Origin: Candidatus Nanopelagicales bacterium
GTDB taxonomy: Bacteria > Actinomycetota > Actinomycetes > S36-B12 > UBA5976
DNA length: 64,000 nucleotides
Assembly: GCA_018402365.1 (NCBI GenBank)
Contig: JAGYJD010000006.1
Coordinates: forward strand, 3,689-67,688
Reading direction: 5' to 3'
Positions within the stretch are counted from its first letter, which is position 1. The number at the start of each line of letters is the position of its first letter. Shown in pieces: positions 38,729 to 50,545 of this stretch. The notes below the pieces were generated by a model. The model searched no databases and was not told the origin of the DNA. It was given only the letters and a program-made list of their open reading frames with translations. A program made the translations under genes and the position numbers.

Positions 38729-40544
38729 TCAAGTCGACGTCAATCACCACGTCTTCTTCAGGTTTTTTCTTGTTCGGGTTTGGTCCACAAATAACTTCAT
38801 TTCCGACTCGATAATTTGTTCGATAGATATCTTCTTGCACCACAGTTGAATTTTTTATCAATTTACGAGTCACATTCACTCCAAAGCCAGGCGTCCCCTC
38901 CTGCGGTATGCAGTTTTTTGCACTTGAATAAACCGTGCGGTAGGGGGTAACACCAAAGCGATCTGACACTTCAGCCGTTACTCGGTCATACTTTTTTTTA
39001 CCATAAAAAGTAACAACAACAGCGTCTGGCTCCACTTTGGTTTTTATCAAGATTGCACTATCGAGAGTATTTTTGAATTTTAGATCCAAACTCCCCCACA
39101 TCACGGTAGCCTCCAATCCTTCGCTATAGCGGGGAATCCAAATCGAGTGAGCCCTTTGTTCTATTGCCTCGAGTCCTGCATAGAAAGCGGCGACCCAGGT
39201 AGCGGAAGTAATAATAGAAACTCCACCACCCAAATCTTCGACAAATCTGCCGTTTTCAATTCGAAGACCCAATACGTAACCATTTTCAGCTGTGCGCTGC
39301 TTGATGGTGTCGTTCATTGAAAAAATTTCACCTGGTAGCAAAATCTTGCCTTCAAGATAGTTAGCAGCTGTTGTGACATTTATTGTCCTATATTCTGCTT
39401 CTGGAAACAGCTGACGATATTCACTTATTTTTTCAACAATGCCAAGGTCCTCAACACCTTGGTTCGCCAATTCGGGTAACACGGCATAGCTTGATAAATT
39501 AACGGTTCTGTCTTTAGAATCAAAAAGTGCCTTCTCAAATTCACTGGCAAATTTACTTGGTGTGATGCGCATTTCAATATTACCCGAAACCATAACAGGA
39601 AGATCGTCAATAACATCAAAATAGGCATTTGAGGTGGGTTGATCAAAATTCGGAAACACTTTATTGAGATATTTCCATAAATAGTTTTCATTTACTGTAA
39701 TTTTTGTTTCATCTTGTTGATTTGTGAGTAAAAGAGCGTTTGCTAATTCTTTTCTACTTAAACTTACTGATTTATCTGCTACCACAATTTGAACTGGAGT
39801 ACTTAATATCTTTTCGACTTGTTTTGCGGTTAAGGCAATCTTCTCATCGGTAATGGCAGGATCAGTTGGAATTAGGGCAAGGCTTACTGAAGATTCTTTT
39901 TTAAGCCAGGATTTTTTTACGTTTTCAAACGAGCGGGTCCAGTTAATTTCTTGTCCAGTTGCATGCGGGTAAATTTCAATATCACCGTCATCGGTTATTA
40001 GACGAGCATTTTGTGGTGGCACTGTTAATTCGCGCACCATTGGTGCGAGTGCGGCCTTAAACTTTTCTTCATCAATTTCTATTGCTGGGTCAATACTTAC
40101 GGGGGCAATTAGTGAGAATAGATGAGTGAATGGATTTTTTGAAGCCGCTTGAATTGTTTTTGGTAAACTAAATTCAATACCTAAAGTATCGGCATCAAAT
40201 TCAACTGACCCAGCTTTACCATTAATCAAGACGGGTAAATTAGTTTGCTCTTGTACTTGCGGTAAGACTTTTTCGTAAGCCTGTGGTGGTAGTAATCCGC
40301 CGACCTCGACCCCTAAAATGCTGACACGCGGTGGCAAATAGGTAAAGCTGTAGGCGATCGCGCCAGTAAAAAGAGTCAAACCAACAGAAAAAATTGTCCA
40401 GCTGAAAAACTTCTTAATTTTTTGTCGGCGATTATGAGCACGAGTTCGAGCAGGAATCCCGGCAATGATCTCTTGCAGATATTCTTCAGCTTTTTCGCTG
40501 TACGGATCTGGCTCAAATTCACTCACGCCCCATATAATATGCAA
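38712..40544 (-). CDS. VanW-domain membrane-anchored protein
   Basis: N-terminal TM anchor and a C-terminal VanW-like region (GGGVSIITSATWVAAFYAGLE...). Confidence 0.65.
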   Translation of the reverse strand: MHIIWGVSEFEPDPYSEKAEEYLQEIIAGIPARTRAHNRRQKIKKFFSWTIFSVGLTLFTGAIAYSFTYLPPRVSILGVEVGGLLPPQAYEKVLPQVQEQTNLPVLINGKAGSVEFDADTLGIEFSLPKTIQAASKNPFTHLFSLIAPVSIDPAIEIDEEKFKAALAPMVRELTVPPQNARLITDDGDIEIYPHATGQEINWTRSFENVKKSWLKKESSVSLALIPTDPAITDEKIALTAKQVEKILSTPVQIVVADKSVSLSRKELANALLLTNQQDETKITVNENYLWKYLNKVFPNFDQPTSNAYFDVIDDLPVMVSGNIEMRITPSKFASEFEKALFDSKDRTVNLSSYAVLPELANQGVEDLGIVEKISEYRQLFPEAEYRTINVTTAANYLEGKILLPGEIFSMNDTIKQRTAENGYVLGLRIENGRFVEDLGGGVSIITSATWVAAFYAGLEAIEQRAHSIWIPRYSEGLEATVMWGSLDLKFKNTLDSAILIKTKVEPDAVVVTFYGKKKYDRVTAEVSDRFGVTPYRTVYSSAKNCIPQEGTPGFGVNVTRKLIKNSTVVQEDIYRTNYRVGNEVICGPNPNKKKPEEDVVIDVDLIKAID

Positions 40545-40648
40545 GCGGTAGAAATTCGGTCTAACACGCCAAGTTTCCGACTCCAGCAGTTTCTAAGTAT
40601 TTTCGCGCGGGGGCTAGAGTTAAGTCCAGATTTCTATAGGAGGGGCTC

Positions 40649-41464
40649 GTGGCTAGCAAAAACCCGAACCCTGCCAATGAATCCACCATTTCAGACGAGG
40701 TGGTTACTGATTTGGTAGGCGAAGTAGAGCGCTCACAACTTGCTGAGACAGGCGGAAGCTGGTTTAAGCGTGGGATTACTCCCCGCAACACCGATTCAAA
40801 TAGCCGTAAAATCAATGAACTTGAACAGCAAGTAAAGATCCTGGCAAATCGTCCTAACGTCTTTGAGTTGGATGATGCTGAGATTATGGCAATTGCGGGT
40901 GAAGACGCTGCCCTTCTAATCAGAGCTGCTAAATCAAAAGCACAGTCAGTACTACTAGAAGGTGAAAAAAGTTCACAAACACTTCGGGAAGAAGCGGCAA
41001 AAGAGTTAGAAAAGGCGAAAAAAACTGCGAACGGCATTGTGAAGTCAGCTACCTCAGAAGCTGAGCTAGTTAAGAAAAATTTGAAACAAGAAATTGAAAT
41101 TTTAAAACTTGAAGGTGAAAAAGTCATACAAAAAGCGAAAGCAGATGCTGCCCGTATTTCAAGTGAGGCAGAGCGTCGCGCTAAAGAACTTTTAACTAGA
41201 GCCCTCAGAGATGCAGAGGACGAAAAAGAAAGAATTTTGGCTGACATTCAAACTGAACGTAAGAGAGTGCTGGCTCGACTTGAATCACAACGTGAAACCG
41301 CACAAAAAGCGGCAGATCACGCCACAAAAATTCGTCGAGATCTAGCAAACGCGGCAGTCGCACTAAAAGGTTCTTTGGATGAAGCAGTTGCCGGGCTAAC
41401 TGATCTTGAACAAAAAGCTGAAGGCTCTACCGAGCGGCTTTCACGTCTGCAAGAAAAGTCTTAG
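40649..41464 (+). CDS. coiled-coil protein of unknown function
   Basis: GTG start 5 nt after AGGAGG. It is rich in heptad-like E/K/A/L sequence from about residue 55 onward. The long antisense ORF is a composition artefact. Confidence 0.6.
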   Translation: MASKNPNPANESTISDEVVTDLVGEVERSQLAETGGSWFKRGITPRNTDSNSRKINELEQQVKILANRPNVFELDDAEIMAIAGEDAALLIRAAKSKAQSVLLEGEKSSQTLREEAAKELEKAKKTANGIVKSATSEAELVKKNLKQEIEILKLEGEKVIQKAKADAARISSEAERRAKELLTRALRDAEDEKERILADIQTERKRVLARLESQRETAQKAADHATKIRRDLANAAVALKGSLDEAVAGLTDLEQKAEGSTERLSRLQEKS

Positions 41465-41823
41465 TCTTTAACGGGCCAAACCGCCACTACCCCTAGCGTT
41501 AACACCGCTACCACTAAATAAACTCTTGAAATTAAATCATTTGCTATCACGATATCACCACCGCTACTAACAGTTGCTAATAATAATGTGGCCAAAAACC
41601 AACCTGGAATAAAAAAGACTGCAGCAACCTTGGTTTTTGCAAAATTATTCATAAATCTTAAACTCAGGCCAAGAAAAAATAAAGCAAATACAAAACCCCA
41701 ATAAATCGTTATACCAATTTTAAAGTTCGCTTGATGAATAAAGGCAGACAAAAAACCAATTGCAAATCCAGCAGGTAAAGCCACTAAGCTTTTTAAAAAT
41801 TTATTCATAAAAATCCTTTTCAA
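41461..41823 (-). CDS. small 4-TM membrane protein of unknown function
   Basis: Four hydrophobic segments. It lies immediately downstream of mshB and overlaps it. Confidence 0.55.
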   Translation of the reverse strand: MKRIFMNKFLKSLVALPAGFAIGFLSAFIHQANFKIGITIYWGFVFALFFLGLSLRFMNNFAKTKVAAVFFIPGWFLATLLLATVSSGGDIVIANDLISRVYLVVAVLTLGVVAVWPVKD

Positions 41824-42670
41824 TAATTCCAGCTAAATTTTTTACAATTGGTTCGATTAGGCGATAAAACTCAAAACCAAAAGCTTCTGGTCCAGCTGCT
41901 TGTGCTAACTGAAAGAATTCACCTGCTAGATCAACTTGAGTTTTGTGTTCGCGAAGGGCAGCTAGTTTTTGATTTAAAAATTCTGTGCCATCAATTAATG
42001 TGGTAACAATTTCATCACTCTGTAAAAAGGGTAATTCGGCTGCACTTTCTACGCCAAAAAATTTTGAGCCTTCACTTTGCGCTACCTTGGCAAATCCTTT
42101 TTCGACATGCGAATAAGGAATCGCAGTCCAATAAAGTTTTGAAATTTCGTGAGCTTCACCTAACTCTGGTTTAAAGCTCGCCACTTTTGCCAAATCTTTT
42201 GCATAGTGTGATATTCGATTGGCTTGAATATGATCTGGATGTCCATAACCGCCGAAATCGTCATAAGTAATCAAAATTTCAGGCTTAACTTCACGAATTA
42301 CTGCTACTAAGTCACTCGCAGCTGCGAGCAAATCAGCTTTCATAAAACTCTGCGGGTGCTCGTTGGCTGACGTACCCACCATGCCCGAATCGCGATATTT
42401 TCCGGCAAAACCTAAAAATCTATGATCGGTTACTTTCAGTTTTTCCATGGCATTTTTTAATTCCAACTGACGGTGTTCACCAAGTTTGTCTAATTTGTCA
42501 CTTGCTAGCTCAGCAAGTTCTGAAACCAAGATTTCACCCTCTTCACCGCTAGTGCAAGTAACCAAGGTGACTCGATAACCCAAGGCAACATATTTGGCCA
42601 TGGTGGCTCCGGTTGAAATCGTTTCGTCATCAGGATGGGCGTGAACAAACAACAAGCTTTTTTGACTCAT
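41801..42670 (-). CDS. mshB: LmbE-family deacetylase, MshB-like (GlcNAc-Ins deacetylase)
   Basis: LLFVHAHPDDETISTG zinc motif and HPDH, 289 aa. The neighbourhood (small membrane protein, fdxA region) matches the mshB locus of mycobacteria as I recall it. Confidence 0.72.
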   Translation of the reverse strand: MSQKSLLFVHAHPDDETISTGATMAKYVALGYRVTLVTCTSGEEGEILVSELAELASDKLDKLGEHRQLELKNAMEKLKVTDHRFLGFAGKYRDSGMVGTSANEHPQSFMKADLLAAASDLVAVIREVKPEILITYDDFGGYGHPDHIQANRISHYAKDLAKVASFKPELGEAHEISKLYWTAIPYSHVEKGFAKVAQSEGSKFFGVESAAELPFLQSDEIVTTLIDGTEFLNQKLAALREHKTQVDLAGEFFQLAQAAGPEAFGFEFYRLIEPIVKNLAGIIEKDFYE

Positions 42671-42707
42671 GTAACTGACTTTACGCGAATGGTGAAGAAT
42701 ACTCTTT

Positions 42708-44783
42708 ATGTACCAAAGTGCGGAATTTATTTCACTTTATGCAAAAACTCAAAGATTCTCATTAGGCCGTCCGCGGGCTTTCACAGTTAGCAAAGATTCG
42801 AATTATGTTTACTTTCTAAGGGCGATTAGCGAATCCGACCCAACTTTGGCGCTATTTTCTTTTTCAATCGATTCACAAAAAACAGAGCTGTTAATTGACC
42901 CTAATTTGCTTTTGAACCCTAAAGAAGTGGGAATTCCACAAGCAGAACTAGCTCGCAGAGAAAGAATGCGAGAGTTAGGCGTGGGAATTACTTCTTACCA
43001 ACTGGATGATTTGGGTGAGAATATTTGCTTCGCGCTGCAAGGAATGCTTTTTATCTATCAAGTGCAAAGTCATGACTTTATAAAGTTTTCAGAAGTTTCT
43101 GGCGTTGTTGATCCAAAAATTTCACCAGATTCAAAGTTTGTGGCAGCGGTAATTGATGATGGTATTACTTTATTTAACTTAACTGACTTATCGGTACGCC
43201 GTCTGCTAAGTCCAACTGAAGCGAGTATTAGTTATGGCTTAGCAAACTTTATCGCTGCTGAAGAATTTTCAAGAATTAGCGGTTTTTGGTGGTCACCTGA
43301 TAGCCAGCAACTATTAATTGAAAAAGTAGATTTGAGTGCTGTTTCTGAAATTTACTTAGCCGATCCCACTGACCCAACCAAGCCGCCGCGGACTCATCGC
43401 TACCCTTTTGCTGGGGGTAATAATCCAATCTCTTCTTTGGTGCTACTAAGTCTTCATGGGATGGCTAAAGATTTAAAGTTCTTAAGCGAAGAATTCGAAT
43501 ATCTAATAAATGCAGGTTTTAAGAGTAAAGATGAAATATTTTTAACTTTACTTAATCGTGAGCAAAACCATTTACAAGTAAAAATTTATGATTTGGCTGG
43601 CGAAAAAGAAAGGGTGTACTTTACTCAACAAGAAGAACCTTGGGTAGAGATATATCAACCATTACCCAAATTTTACGAAGATCAATTCGTCTATTTGACA
43701 GGTGAAGAGCACCAAAAAATTGTCTTAAATGGTAAGGAGCTCGCAAATCAAAATTTTGAAGTCCGTTCAATCCTTGAGGTGACTGATCAAACGATTACCG
43801 CTTTGGTCTCAGTCGAGCCGCAAAACTTAGCCATAGTTGAGCTGGCTAAGACAAAAGAAATCTCTTGGATTACTCCGGCTGATTCGTATGTGAGCGGAAT
43901 AAAACAAAAGGATACGCTTTTAATAGCCGAACACAGCGCCAAAAAATGGCAACCTGAATTTAAAGTTTTAAAGGGTAACGACTCATTCCAAATTGAAAAC
44001 CTAGCTGCTAGTCCAGCTTTTGCCCCCAATATTTCAATTGAGTACCTTAAAGACACCGATCTCTATGCGGCGTTGATCGCTCCTAGCAATTACCAAAATG
44101 AAAAACTGCCTGTCGTCTTAAGTCCTTATTCTGGACCCCATGCCCAGCGGGTTCTAAATTCTGCTACCGGCTTTATGACTGAACAGTTTTTAGCTGAGCA
44201 AGGATTTTTAGTAGTAGTGATTGATTCGCGTGGAACTCCTGGGCGAGGTAAAGATTTTGCGCAAGCGATAAAAACTAATTGGGCTAGCAAAGTCTTAGCT
44301 GACCAAATGAATGCACTGACAGAATTAGCGGCACAAGAGACAGCAAATTTTGATCTCACTCAGGTTGGCATCAAAGGCTGGTCTTTTGGTGGCTACCTAG
44401 CGGCCTATGCGGTCTTGCAGCGATCAGATTTTTTCAAAGCAGCAATTGCTGGAGCGCCAGTAACAGACTGGCGCTGGTATGACACTGCTTATGCTGAACG
44501 ATATTTAGGGCAGGTGAGTAAAAATCACGACGCCTATGAAGAGAATTCATTGATAAATAAGGTGGAAAACTTAGAAAGTCCCCTATTGCTCATTCATGGG
44601 TTGGCAGATGACAATGTTTTAGCCATGCATTCACTTAGACTTTCTAGCGCACTTTTTGCCAAAGCAAAATCGCATAACTTTATAAGTTTGTCTGGGGTTA
44701 GCCATATAACAGGTGGTGATAGTACTGTTGAAAACTTACTAAAAATTGAAGTTGATTTTTTTAATCAACACCTAAAAAATTAG
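42708..44783 (+). CDS. S9-family serine peptidase (dipeptidyl-peptidase IV / prolyl oligopeptidase-like)
   Basis: N-terminal beta-propeller region plus a C-terminal alpha/beta domain carrying the GWSFGG nucleophile elbow and HGLADDNV. Confidence 0.85.
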   Translation: MYQSAEFISLYAKTQRFSLGRPRAFTVSKDSNYVYFLRAISESDPTLALFSFSIDSQKTELLIDPNLLLNPKEVGIPQAELARRERMRELGVGITSYQLDDLGENICFALQGMLFIYQVQSHDFIKFSEVSGVVDPKISPDSKFVAAVIDDGITLFNLTDLSVRRLLSPTEASISYGLANFIAAEEFSRISGFWWSPDSQQLLIEKVDLSAVSEIYLADPTDPTKPPRTHRYPFAGGNNPISSLVLLSLHGMAKDLKFLSEEFEYLINAGFKSKDEIFLTLLNREQNHLQVKIYDLAGEKERVYFTQQEEPWVEIYQPLPKFYEDQFVYLTGEEHQKIVLNGKELANQNFEVRSILEVTDQTITALVSVEPQNLAIVELAKTKEISWITPADSYVSGIKQKDTLLIAEHSAKKWQPEFKVLKGNDSFQIENLAASPAFAPNISIEYLKDTDLYAALIAPSNYQNEKLPVVLSPYSGPHAQRVLNSATGFMTEQFLAEQGFLVVVIDSRGTPGRGKDFAQAIKTNWASKVLADQMNALTELAAQETANFDLTQVGIKGWSFGGYLAAYAVLQRSDFFKAAIAGAPVTDWRWYDTAYAERYLGQVSKNHDAYEENSLINKVENLESPLLLIHGLADDNVLAMHSLRLSSALFAKAKSHNFISLSGVSHITGGDSTVENLLKIEVDFFNQHLKN

Positions 44784-46657
44784 TTTTGTTTTGCTTTACT
44801 TTTAGCTCTTGCTCGTTCACCAGAATTTAAAATTAGTTTACGCAAGCGCACCGTTTCGGGAGTCACTTCAACACACTCATCCTCTCGCAAGAACTCCAAA
44901 GCTTGCTCTAAAGAAAGCGCACGCGGTGGCACTAAAGCTATGGTGTCGTCTGAACCTGAAGCTCGCATGTTGGTTAACTTCTTTTCTTTTGTGATGTTTA
45001 CGTCCATGTCTTCATTGCGAGCATTTTCGCCAATGATCATGCCTTCGTACACTTCAACGCCAGGGCCAATAAATAAAGCGCCTCGCTCTTGAATGCTATA
45101 AGCCGCATAAGCGGTAGTTGAACCAGCGCGATCTGCCACCAAAGATCCGTTAGCACGAGTCCTTACCTCACCATGCCATGCTTCATAACGCTCAAAAACG
45201 TGATGCATTAATCCTGTTCCACGAGTTTCAGTTAAAAATTCGGTTCTAAATCCAATTAAGCCGCGAGCTGGCACTAAATATTCCATTCTTACCCAACCAG
45301 AACCGTGATTAGTCATTTGCTCCATTCGACCTTTTCTTAAGCCCAGCAATTGAGTGACGACACCGACAAAATCTTCAGGAACATCTATGGTTAGCCGCTC
45401 TACCGGCTCGTGTAATTTGCCCTCAACCATTCGAGTTACCACCTGTGGTTTACCAACCGTTAACTCAAACCCTTCACGGCGCATCATTTCAACTAAGATC
45501 GCCAACTGCAATTCGCCTCGTCCTTGAACTTCCCAAGTGTCAGGTCTCTCGGTTTCTAAAACTCGCAAAGAGACGTTACCAATTAGTTCTTGGTCCAAAC
45601 GGTTCTTTAGCAAACGAGCGGTGACTTTTGTGCCACTTCTACCAGAAAGCGGAGAGGTATTAGTACCAATAAACATAGAGATACTTGGCTCATCAACTGT
45701 GATTACTGGTAGTGCAACTGGGTTTTCTGGATCAGCCAAAGTTTCACCAATTGTGATTTCACCGATTCCGGCAACCGCAATTAGATCCCCCGGGCCTGCT
45801 TCATCAACCGATACTCGCTCTAACGCTTTGGTAATAAGTAATTCACCAATTTTAACTTTTTCGATTTCGCCATTAGTTCTCATCCAGGCAGCAGTTTGAC
45901 CTTTACGAATAACACCGTTTCGTACCCGACACAGTGCCAAGCGACCTAAGTAAGCAGAAGCATCCAAGTTTGTCACGTGGGCTTGCAGCGGGGCACCCTC
46001 TTCATAGGTGGGGGCGGGAACTGTTTTTAAAATTGTTTCAAACAATTCTTTCAAGTCTGCTACCTCAGGTACGGTGCCATCTTTCGGCTTAGTCAAAGAA
46101 GCTTTTCCATCACGCGCAGTCGCATAAATAATCGGAAAATCCAAGATGTCCGGCATGGAATCATCGGCTAAGTCCACAAATAAGTCAAAAGTTTCATTAA
46201 CAACTTCATCAATACGGGCATCAGAGCGGTCAGTTTTGTTAATTACCAAAATAACCGGCAATCGTTTTTGCATTGCTTTTCTTAAAACAAATCGAGTTTG
46301 AGGTAGCGGACCTTCAGAAGCATCAACTAACAGCACTACTCCATCAACCATTTCAAGTCCGCGTTCAACCTCGCCACCAAAATCCGCGTGGCCAGGAGTG
46401 TCAATAATATTTATTGTTACCCCGTTTGGTGCTAATTCTGGATGCTTGTAAAGCACTGCCGTGTTTTTAGCGAGAATAGTGATTCCTTTTTCTCGCTCTA
46501 AGTCCATTGAGTCCATAACGCGTTCATTAACATCTTGGTTAGATCTAAAGGCGCCAGATTGCCAAAGCATCGCATCCACCAAAGTGGTCTTGCCGTGATC
46601 TACGTGGGCGATAATTGCGAGATTTCTTATGTCATCTCTTGTTTTTAAGTTACTCAT
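44780..46657 (-). CDS. typA: translational GTPase TypA/BipA
   Basis: [25 protein letters not shown] and NKTD, 625 aa. Confidence 0.95.
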   Translation of the reverse strand: MSNLKTRDDIRNLAIIAHVDHGKTTLVDAMLWQSGAFRSNQDVNERVMDSMDLEREKGITILAKNTAVLYKHPELAPNGVTINIIDTPGHADFGGEVERGLEMVDGVVLLVDASEGPLPQTRFVLRKAMQKRLPVILVINKTDRSDARIDEVVNETFDLFVDLADDSMPDILDFPIIYATARDGKASLTKPKDGTVPEVADLKELFETILKTVPAPTYEEGAPLQAHVTNLDASAYLGRLALCRVRNGVIRKGQTAAWMRTNGEIEKVKIGELLITKALERVSVDEAGPGDLIAVAGIGEITIGETLADPENPVALPVITVDEPSISMFIGTNTSPLSGRSGTKVTARLLKNRLDQELIGNVSLRVLETERPDTWEVQGRGELQLAILVEMMRREGFELTVGKPQVVTRMVEGKLHEPVERLTIDVPEDFVGVVTQLLGLRKGRMEQMTNHGSGWVRMEYLVPARGLIGFRTEFLTETRGTGLMHHVFERYEAWHGEVRTRANGSLVADRAGSTTAYAAYSIQERGALFIGPGVEVYEGMIIGENARNEDMDVNITKEKKLTNMRASGSDDTIALVPPRALSLEQALEFLREDECVEVTPETVRLRKLILNSGERARAKSKAKQN

Positions 46658-47727
46658 ACGTTGAATCTAAACTCCACTACGTCTCCATCTTGCATTATGT
46701 ACTCTTTACCTTCCATGCGAACTCTTCCCTTTGCCTTTGCTTCGGCCATTGATCCTGCTTGAATTAAATCTTGATATGAAACTATTTCTGCCTTAATAAA
46801 ACCTTTTTCAAAATCAGTATGTATTACACCTGCTGCTTTTGGTGCAGTGTCGCCTTTATGGATAGTCCAAGCCCGTGCTTCTTTAGGACCCGCCGTTAAA
46901 TATGTTTGCAATCCTAAGGTGTCAAAAGCCACACCTGCCAAGCGACTTAAACCCGACTCGCTTTGACCAACACTCGCTAACAATTCTTGAGCCTCTTCGT
47001 TTGATAGCTCTACTAATTCGAACTCTAACTTTGCATTTAAAAATATAGCTTCTGCTGGCGCCACTAGTTCTTTTAATGGCTGTTGAAAGCTCTCGTTGCC
47101 AAGTCCAGTTTCATCAACATTAAATACATATAAAAATGGTTTTGCTGTTAGCAAAAATAGCTCTCTGAGTAAATCTAAATCTAATCCCGCCGCAAAAATC
47201 GTCTTACCATTATTTAAAAATTCTTCAGCTTTTTTGGCTTCTGCTAAAACTTGTGCTTTTGACTTATCGTTTCTTGCTTCTTTTTCTAATCTGGTAATAG
47301 CTTTTTCAATGCTCTGCAAATCAGCCAAGATTAATTCTGTGTTTATAGTTTCAATGTCTTCTTTAGGATCAATTCTTCCGTCCACATGCACTACATCTGG
47401 ATCGTCAAACACCCGTATCACTTGACAAATCGCGTCTGTTTCACGAATGTTTGCCAAAAATTTATTACCTAAGCCTGCTCCCTCGCTGGCACCCTTCACG
47501 ATTCCAGCAATATCTACAAACGAGACGGTAGCCGGTAAAATTTCAGCAGAATTAAAAAGGCCAGCGAGTTTTTCAAGTCTCGGATCGGGCACGCCAACAA
47601 TCCCAACGTTCGGTTCAATAGTGGCGAATGGGTAATTCGCGGCCAGCACGTTATTCCGCGTTAAAGCGTTAAAAAGTGTGGATTTTCCAACGTTGGGCAA
47701 CCCGACGATTCCAACTGCCAGTGCCAT
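46654..47727 (-). CDS. ychF: redox-regulated ATPase YchF
   Basis: [18 protein letters not shown] and a C-terminal TGS-like ...[10 protein letters not shown]. Confidence 0.95.
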   Translation of the reverse strand: MALAVGIVGLPNVGKSTLFNALTRNNVLAANYPFATIEPNVGIVGVPDPRLEKLAGLFNSAEILPATVSFVDIAGIVKGASEGAGLGNKFLANIRETDAICQVIRVFDDPDVVHVDGRIDPKEDIETINTELILADLQSIEKAITRLEKEARNDKSKAQVLAEAKKAEEFLNNGKTIFAAGLDLDLLRELFLLTAKPFLYVFNVDETGLGNESFQQPLKELVAPAEAIFLNAKLEFELVELSNEEAQELLASVGQSESGLSRLAGVAFDTLGLQTYLTAGPKEARAWTIHKGDTAPKAAGVIHTDFEKGFIKAEIVSYQDLIQAGSMAEAKAKGRVRMEGKEYIMQDGDVVEFRFNV

Positions 47728-47772
47728 ATGACTTGAGTCTAGTGGCGGGTCGAAAGTGCAATTGTCACCCTC

Positions 47773-48918
47773 ATGTTGCAGGCTATAGAAATGGAAATTG
47801 CGAGTTTGTTAATTGGTTTATTGATAGGGATCGGGGTAGCGGCGCCCATTGTTTGGCTATTAGCGCGTGGGAGGGCAATCAAACTTTCAGGTGAGGTTGG
47901 TGCGTTGAAAGATCGCAATCAAAGCCTAGAACAAATACTTAGCCAAAATCAGTCAATCGACCAAGTAATAAAGCCGGTGCAGACTGCCTTAGCAGAATTG
48001 AAGTCAAAGTCGGATGATGCAGACCGCAGGCGTATTGCCGCCGAGAATACTCTCACCCGCGAAATGCTTCATATAAAAGAGCGCAACGAATCTTTAGAGT
48101 CGGCTACCCGCCAGATTGCTGCCGCCTTAGCAAAGGGTCAATCTCGCGGTCAGTACGGTGAAATGCAACTCGAGCAATTACTACAACATGCGGGATTACT
48201 TGAAGGGATTCATTACCGCAGACAAGAGTCTCGCGCTTTTTCAGAGGGAGTACACCGACCAGATGTAACTATTTTGTTAGCTGGGGGTGGCGAGGTTTTA
48301 GTTGATGCAAAGTTTCCTTGGGATGCCTTCTTTGAAGCGATGGGATGCGAAGCAGTCGCAGAAAAAAACATCTTGCTAGACAAGCACGCAAAAGATTTAA
48401 ATAAAAGAATTAACGAGCTTGCCTCAAAGCAGTATCAAGCTAATAGCGATAAGTCACCAAACTTTGTAGTTTTATTTTTGCCTTTTGAGTCTTTACTCTC
48501 AACTGCCTTAGACATGGATGGGTTGCTTTTAGAAAAAGCTTTCAGTAAAAATGTAATTCCTGCCAGCCCCACCACGATGCTAGGGCTTTTACGCACTATT
48601 GCCTTTGGCTGGGACCAAAGCAGCCTCAGCGCGAATGCCGAAGAAATTCGAGCGATGGGAGCCGAAATGCTAAAACGCTTAGGCACCTTGGTCGAACACA
48701 TTGAAAAGTTAGGTGATGGTCTCAATAAAGCAGTTGGCGGTTACAACAGCTTTGTCTCCAGCTTTGATCGCCAAGCGGTTTCGCAAGCCAGAAGGTTGGC
48801 AGAAAAGGGTGTACCGGCGGCAAAACCGCTCAATGCTCCCGAAGAAATTACTATTTCAGTGGCTCAAGTACGGCTAGATCGAGAAGATGAGAAACTCGAA
48901 CTTACGGAAGAGTCATGA
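47773..48918 (+). CDS. rmuC: DNA recombination protein RmuC
   Basis: N-terminal TM helix, a coiled-coil, and a C-terminal RmuC nuclease-like domain (VDAKFP...FVVLFLPFESL). The start may be the ATG at 47791. Confidence 0.85.
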   Translation: MLQAIEMEIASLLIGLLIGIGVAAPIVWLLARGRAIKLSGEVGALKDRNQSLEQILSQNQSIDQVIKPVQTALAELKSKSDDADRRRIAAENTLTREMLHIKERNESLESATRQIAAALAKGQSRGQYGEMQLEQLLQHAGLLEGIHYRRQESRAFSEGVHRPDVTILLAGGGEVLVDAKFPWDAFFEAMGCEAVAEKNILLDKHAKDLNKRINELASKQYQANSDKSPNFVVLFLPFESLLSTALDMDGLLLEKAFSKNVIPASPTTMLGLLRTIAFGWDQSSLSANAEEIRAMGAEMLKRLGTLVEHIEKLGDGLNKAVGGYNSFVSSFDRQAVSQARRLAEKGVPAAKPLNAPEEITISVAQVRLDREDEKLELTEES

Positions 48919-48952
48919 CAGCAATTTTTGGCTACTTCGATAGATTAGACGC

Positions 48953-49606
48953 GTGAGCGATAAAGAAATTAAAACACTTTCCAGCACTCTTTATCGAGCA
49001 GTTGGCGCTGAGGGTCCAACTATTGACGAAAATGTAATCCCCGCACTAGCTAGAAGACGCGAACCTGCCGACCAAGATAAATTTATCGGCTCCTTAGAAC
49101 TAGCTGAAAAAGTCGAAAGTTTTTTTAAAGGCGCTACCGCTCCGCAAGAGATAATTCAAGCTAGCGACACAGAAAGATTTTCACTACCCCTCAGCAGCAA
49201 AATAGCTGGGGCAATTTTTTTAATAGTGATGTTGGCTGCTTCGTTATTAGATGTTTTTTTAGGCGGTGGGATCGGCACTCTCTCTGGGGTGGTTTACGCG
49301 ACCTTACTAATAACTTTTATTTACCTAGTTAGCATTAAAAATGCTTGGGATCCGGTCTTGATGGGTCCACTAATCTATTTTGTCTCGGTATTAATTGCGG
49401 GACAATTCAATCTTTCAGGTGTGGGGTCATTAATTATGCAACAAGGCACCATGCTGCTGCCTACCTTGGCTTTTAATGCCACTTGGGTTTTAGGGGCAAG
49501 TGTCTTAGCAGCTGCTTTAACTTACCTAAGGGTGAACGGCCAAAAAACTACTGTTGTTTCGCCGCTTTCAGATCCTTACGAAGTTCTGGAGGAAGAGCAA
49601 AAGTAA
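48953..49606 (+). CDS. membrane protein of unknown function
   Basis: A soluble N-terminal region of about 70 aa followed by about 4 TM segments. GTG start. Confidence 0.5.
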   Translation: MSDKEIKTLSSTLYRAVGAEGPTIDENVIPALARRREPADQDKFIGSLELAEKVESFFKGATAPQEIIQASDTERFSLPLSSKIAGAIFLIVMLAASLLDVFLGGGIGTLSGVVYATLLITFIYLVSIKNAWDPVLMGPLIYFVSVLIAGQFNLSGVGSLIMQQGTMLLPTLAFNATWVLGASVLAAALTYLRVNGQKTTVVSPLSDPYEVLEEEQK

Positions 49607-50507
49607 CGCTCTCACTAGTGGTGTGAACTTCTTCCACATCTAAAAACCCTTTTTGTTTTAACCACTCTAAAACTTCTTCTACCAATACTTCTGGTACCGA
49701 AGCGCCGCTGGTAAGACCAATTGTTTGCGCACCTTCAAACCAAGCTTCATCTAATTCTTTGGCTCCATCGACTCGATATGATTTTTTGGCCCCAGCCTCT
49801 AGCCCCACCTCTACTAGTCGAACCGAGTTAGAACTATTACTAGAGCCAACAGTAATTAACACATCACAATTTGGGGCAATAGCTTTAACAGCAGCTTGAC
49901 GATTTTGAGTGGCATAACAAATGTCATCACTCGGTGGGTCAATTAGTTGTGGAATTTTTTGCTTTAAGGCATAAACCGTTTCTAACGTCTCATCTACTGA
50001 TAGCGTAGTTTGCGAGAGCCAAGCAATCTTTCTATTTGGGTCTAACTCTAATTTTTCAACTTCTGCAGGATTTTCTACTAACACCATATTGTCTGGTGCC
50101 TCACCCATGGTGCCTTCAACCTCTTCATGACCCTCATGGCCAATTAAAACTATTTGATAATCATCTTTCGCAAACCGCTTTGCTTCATTGTGAACCTTAG
50201 TCACTAGCGGGCAAGTGGCGTCGATAGTTTTAAGATTGCGCTCCGCTGCCTGTTGATGAATCAGGGGCGAAACCCCATGGGCACTGAAAACCACAATGGA
50301 ACCCGCAGGGACTTCTGAGATTTCTTCGACGAAAACTACGCCTTTTTCTTCAAGGGTCTCGACCACATGCTTATTGTGAACAATCTGCTTTCGGACATAA
50401 ATAGGTGCGCCATGTACCTGTAGGGCTTTTTCGACTGTGACGACTGCCCGATCTACGCCCGCACAATAACCACGAGGAGCTGCTAATAAAACTTTTTTAT
50501 TCGACAT
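49548..50507 (-). CDS. ispH: 4-hydroxy-3-methylbut-2-enyl diphosphate reductase
   Basis: [25 protein letters not shown] and SSNSSNS, the IspH motifs. Confidence 0.92.
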   Translation of the reverse strand: MSNKKVLLAAPRGYCAGVDRAVVTVEKALQVHGAPIYVRKQIVHNKHVVETLEEKGVVFVEEISEVPAGSIVVFSAHGVSPLIHQQAAERNLKTIDATCPLVTKVHNEAKRFAKDDYQIVLIGHEGHEEVEGTMGEAPDNMVLVENPAEVEKLELDPNRKIAWLSQTTLSVDETLETVYALKQKIPQLIDPPSDDICYATQNRQAAVKAIAPNCDVLITVGSSNSSNSVRLVEVGLEAGAKKSYRVDGAKELDEAWFEGAQTIGLTSGASVPEVLVEEVLEWLKQKGFLDVEEVHTTSESVTFALPPELRKDLKAAKQQ

Positions 50508-50545
50508 ATTCTCATATCGTAGGCAACAATTGAATTGCTCACATC

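Noticed and set aside
40561-41247. A 228-aa ORF antisense to the coiled-coil gene.
   Set aside because: Its Ser/Ala/Phe-rich low-complexity translation is what the reverse complement of GAA/AAA/GCN-rich coiled-coil codons produces. The plus-strand gene has a strong AGGAGG-GTG start and a protein-like sequence.
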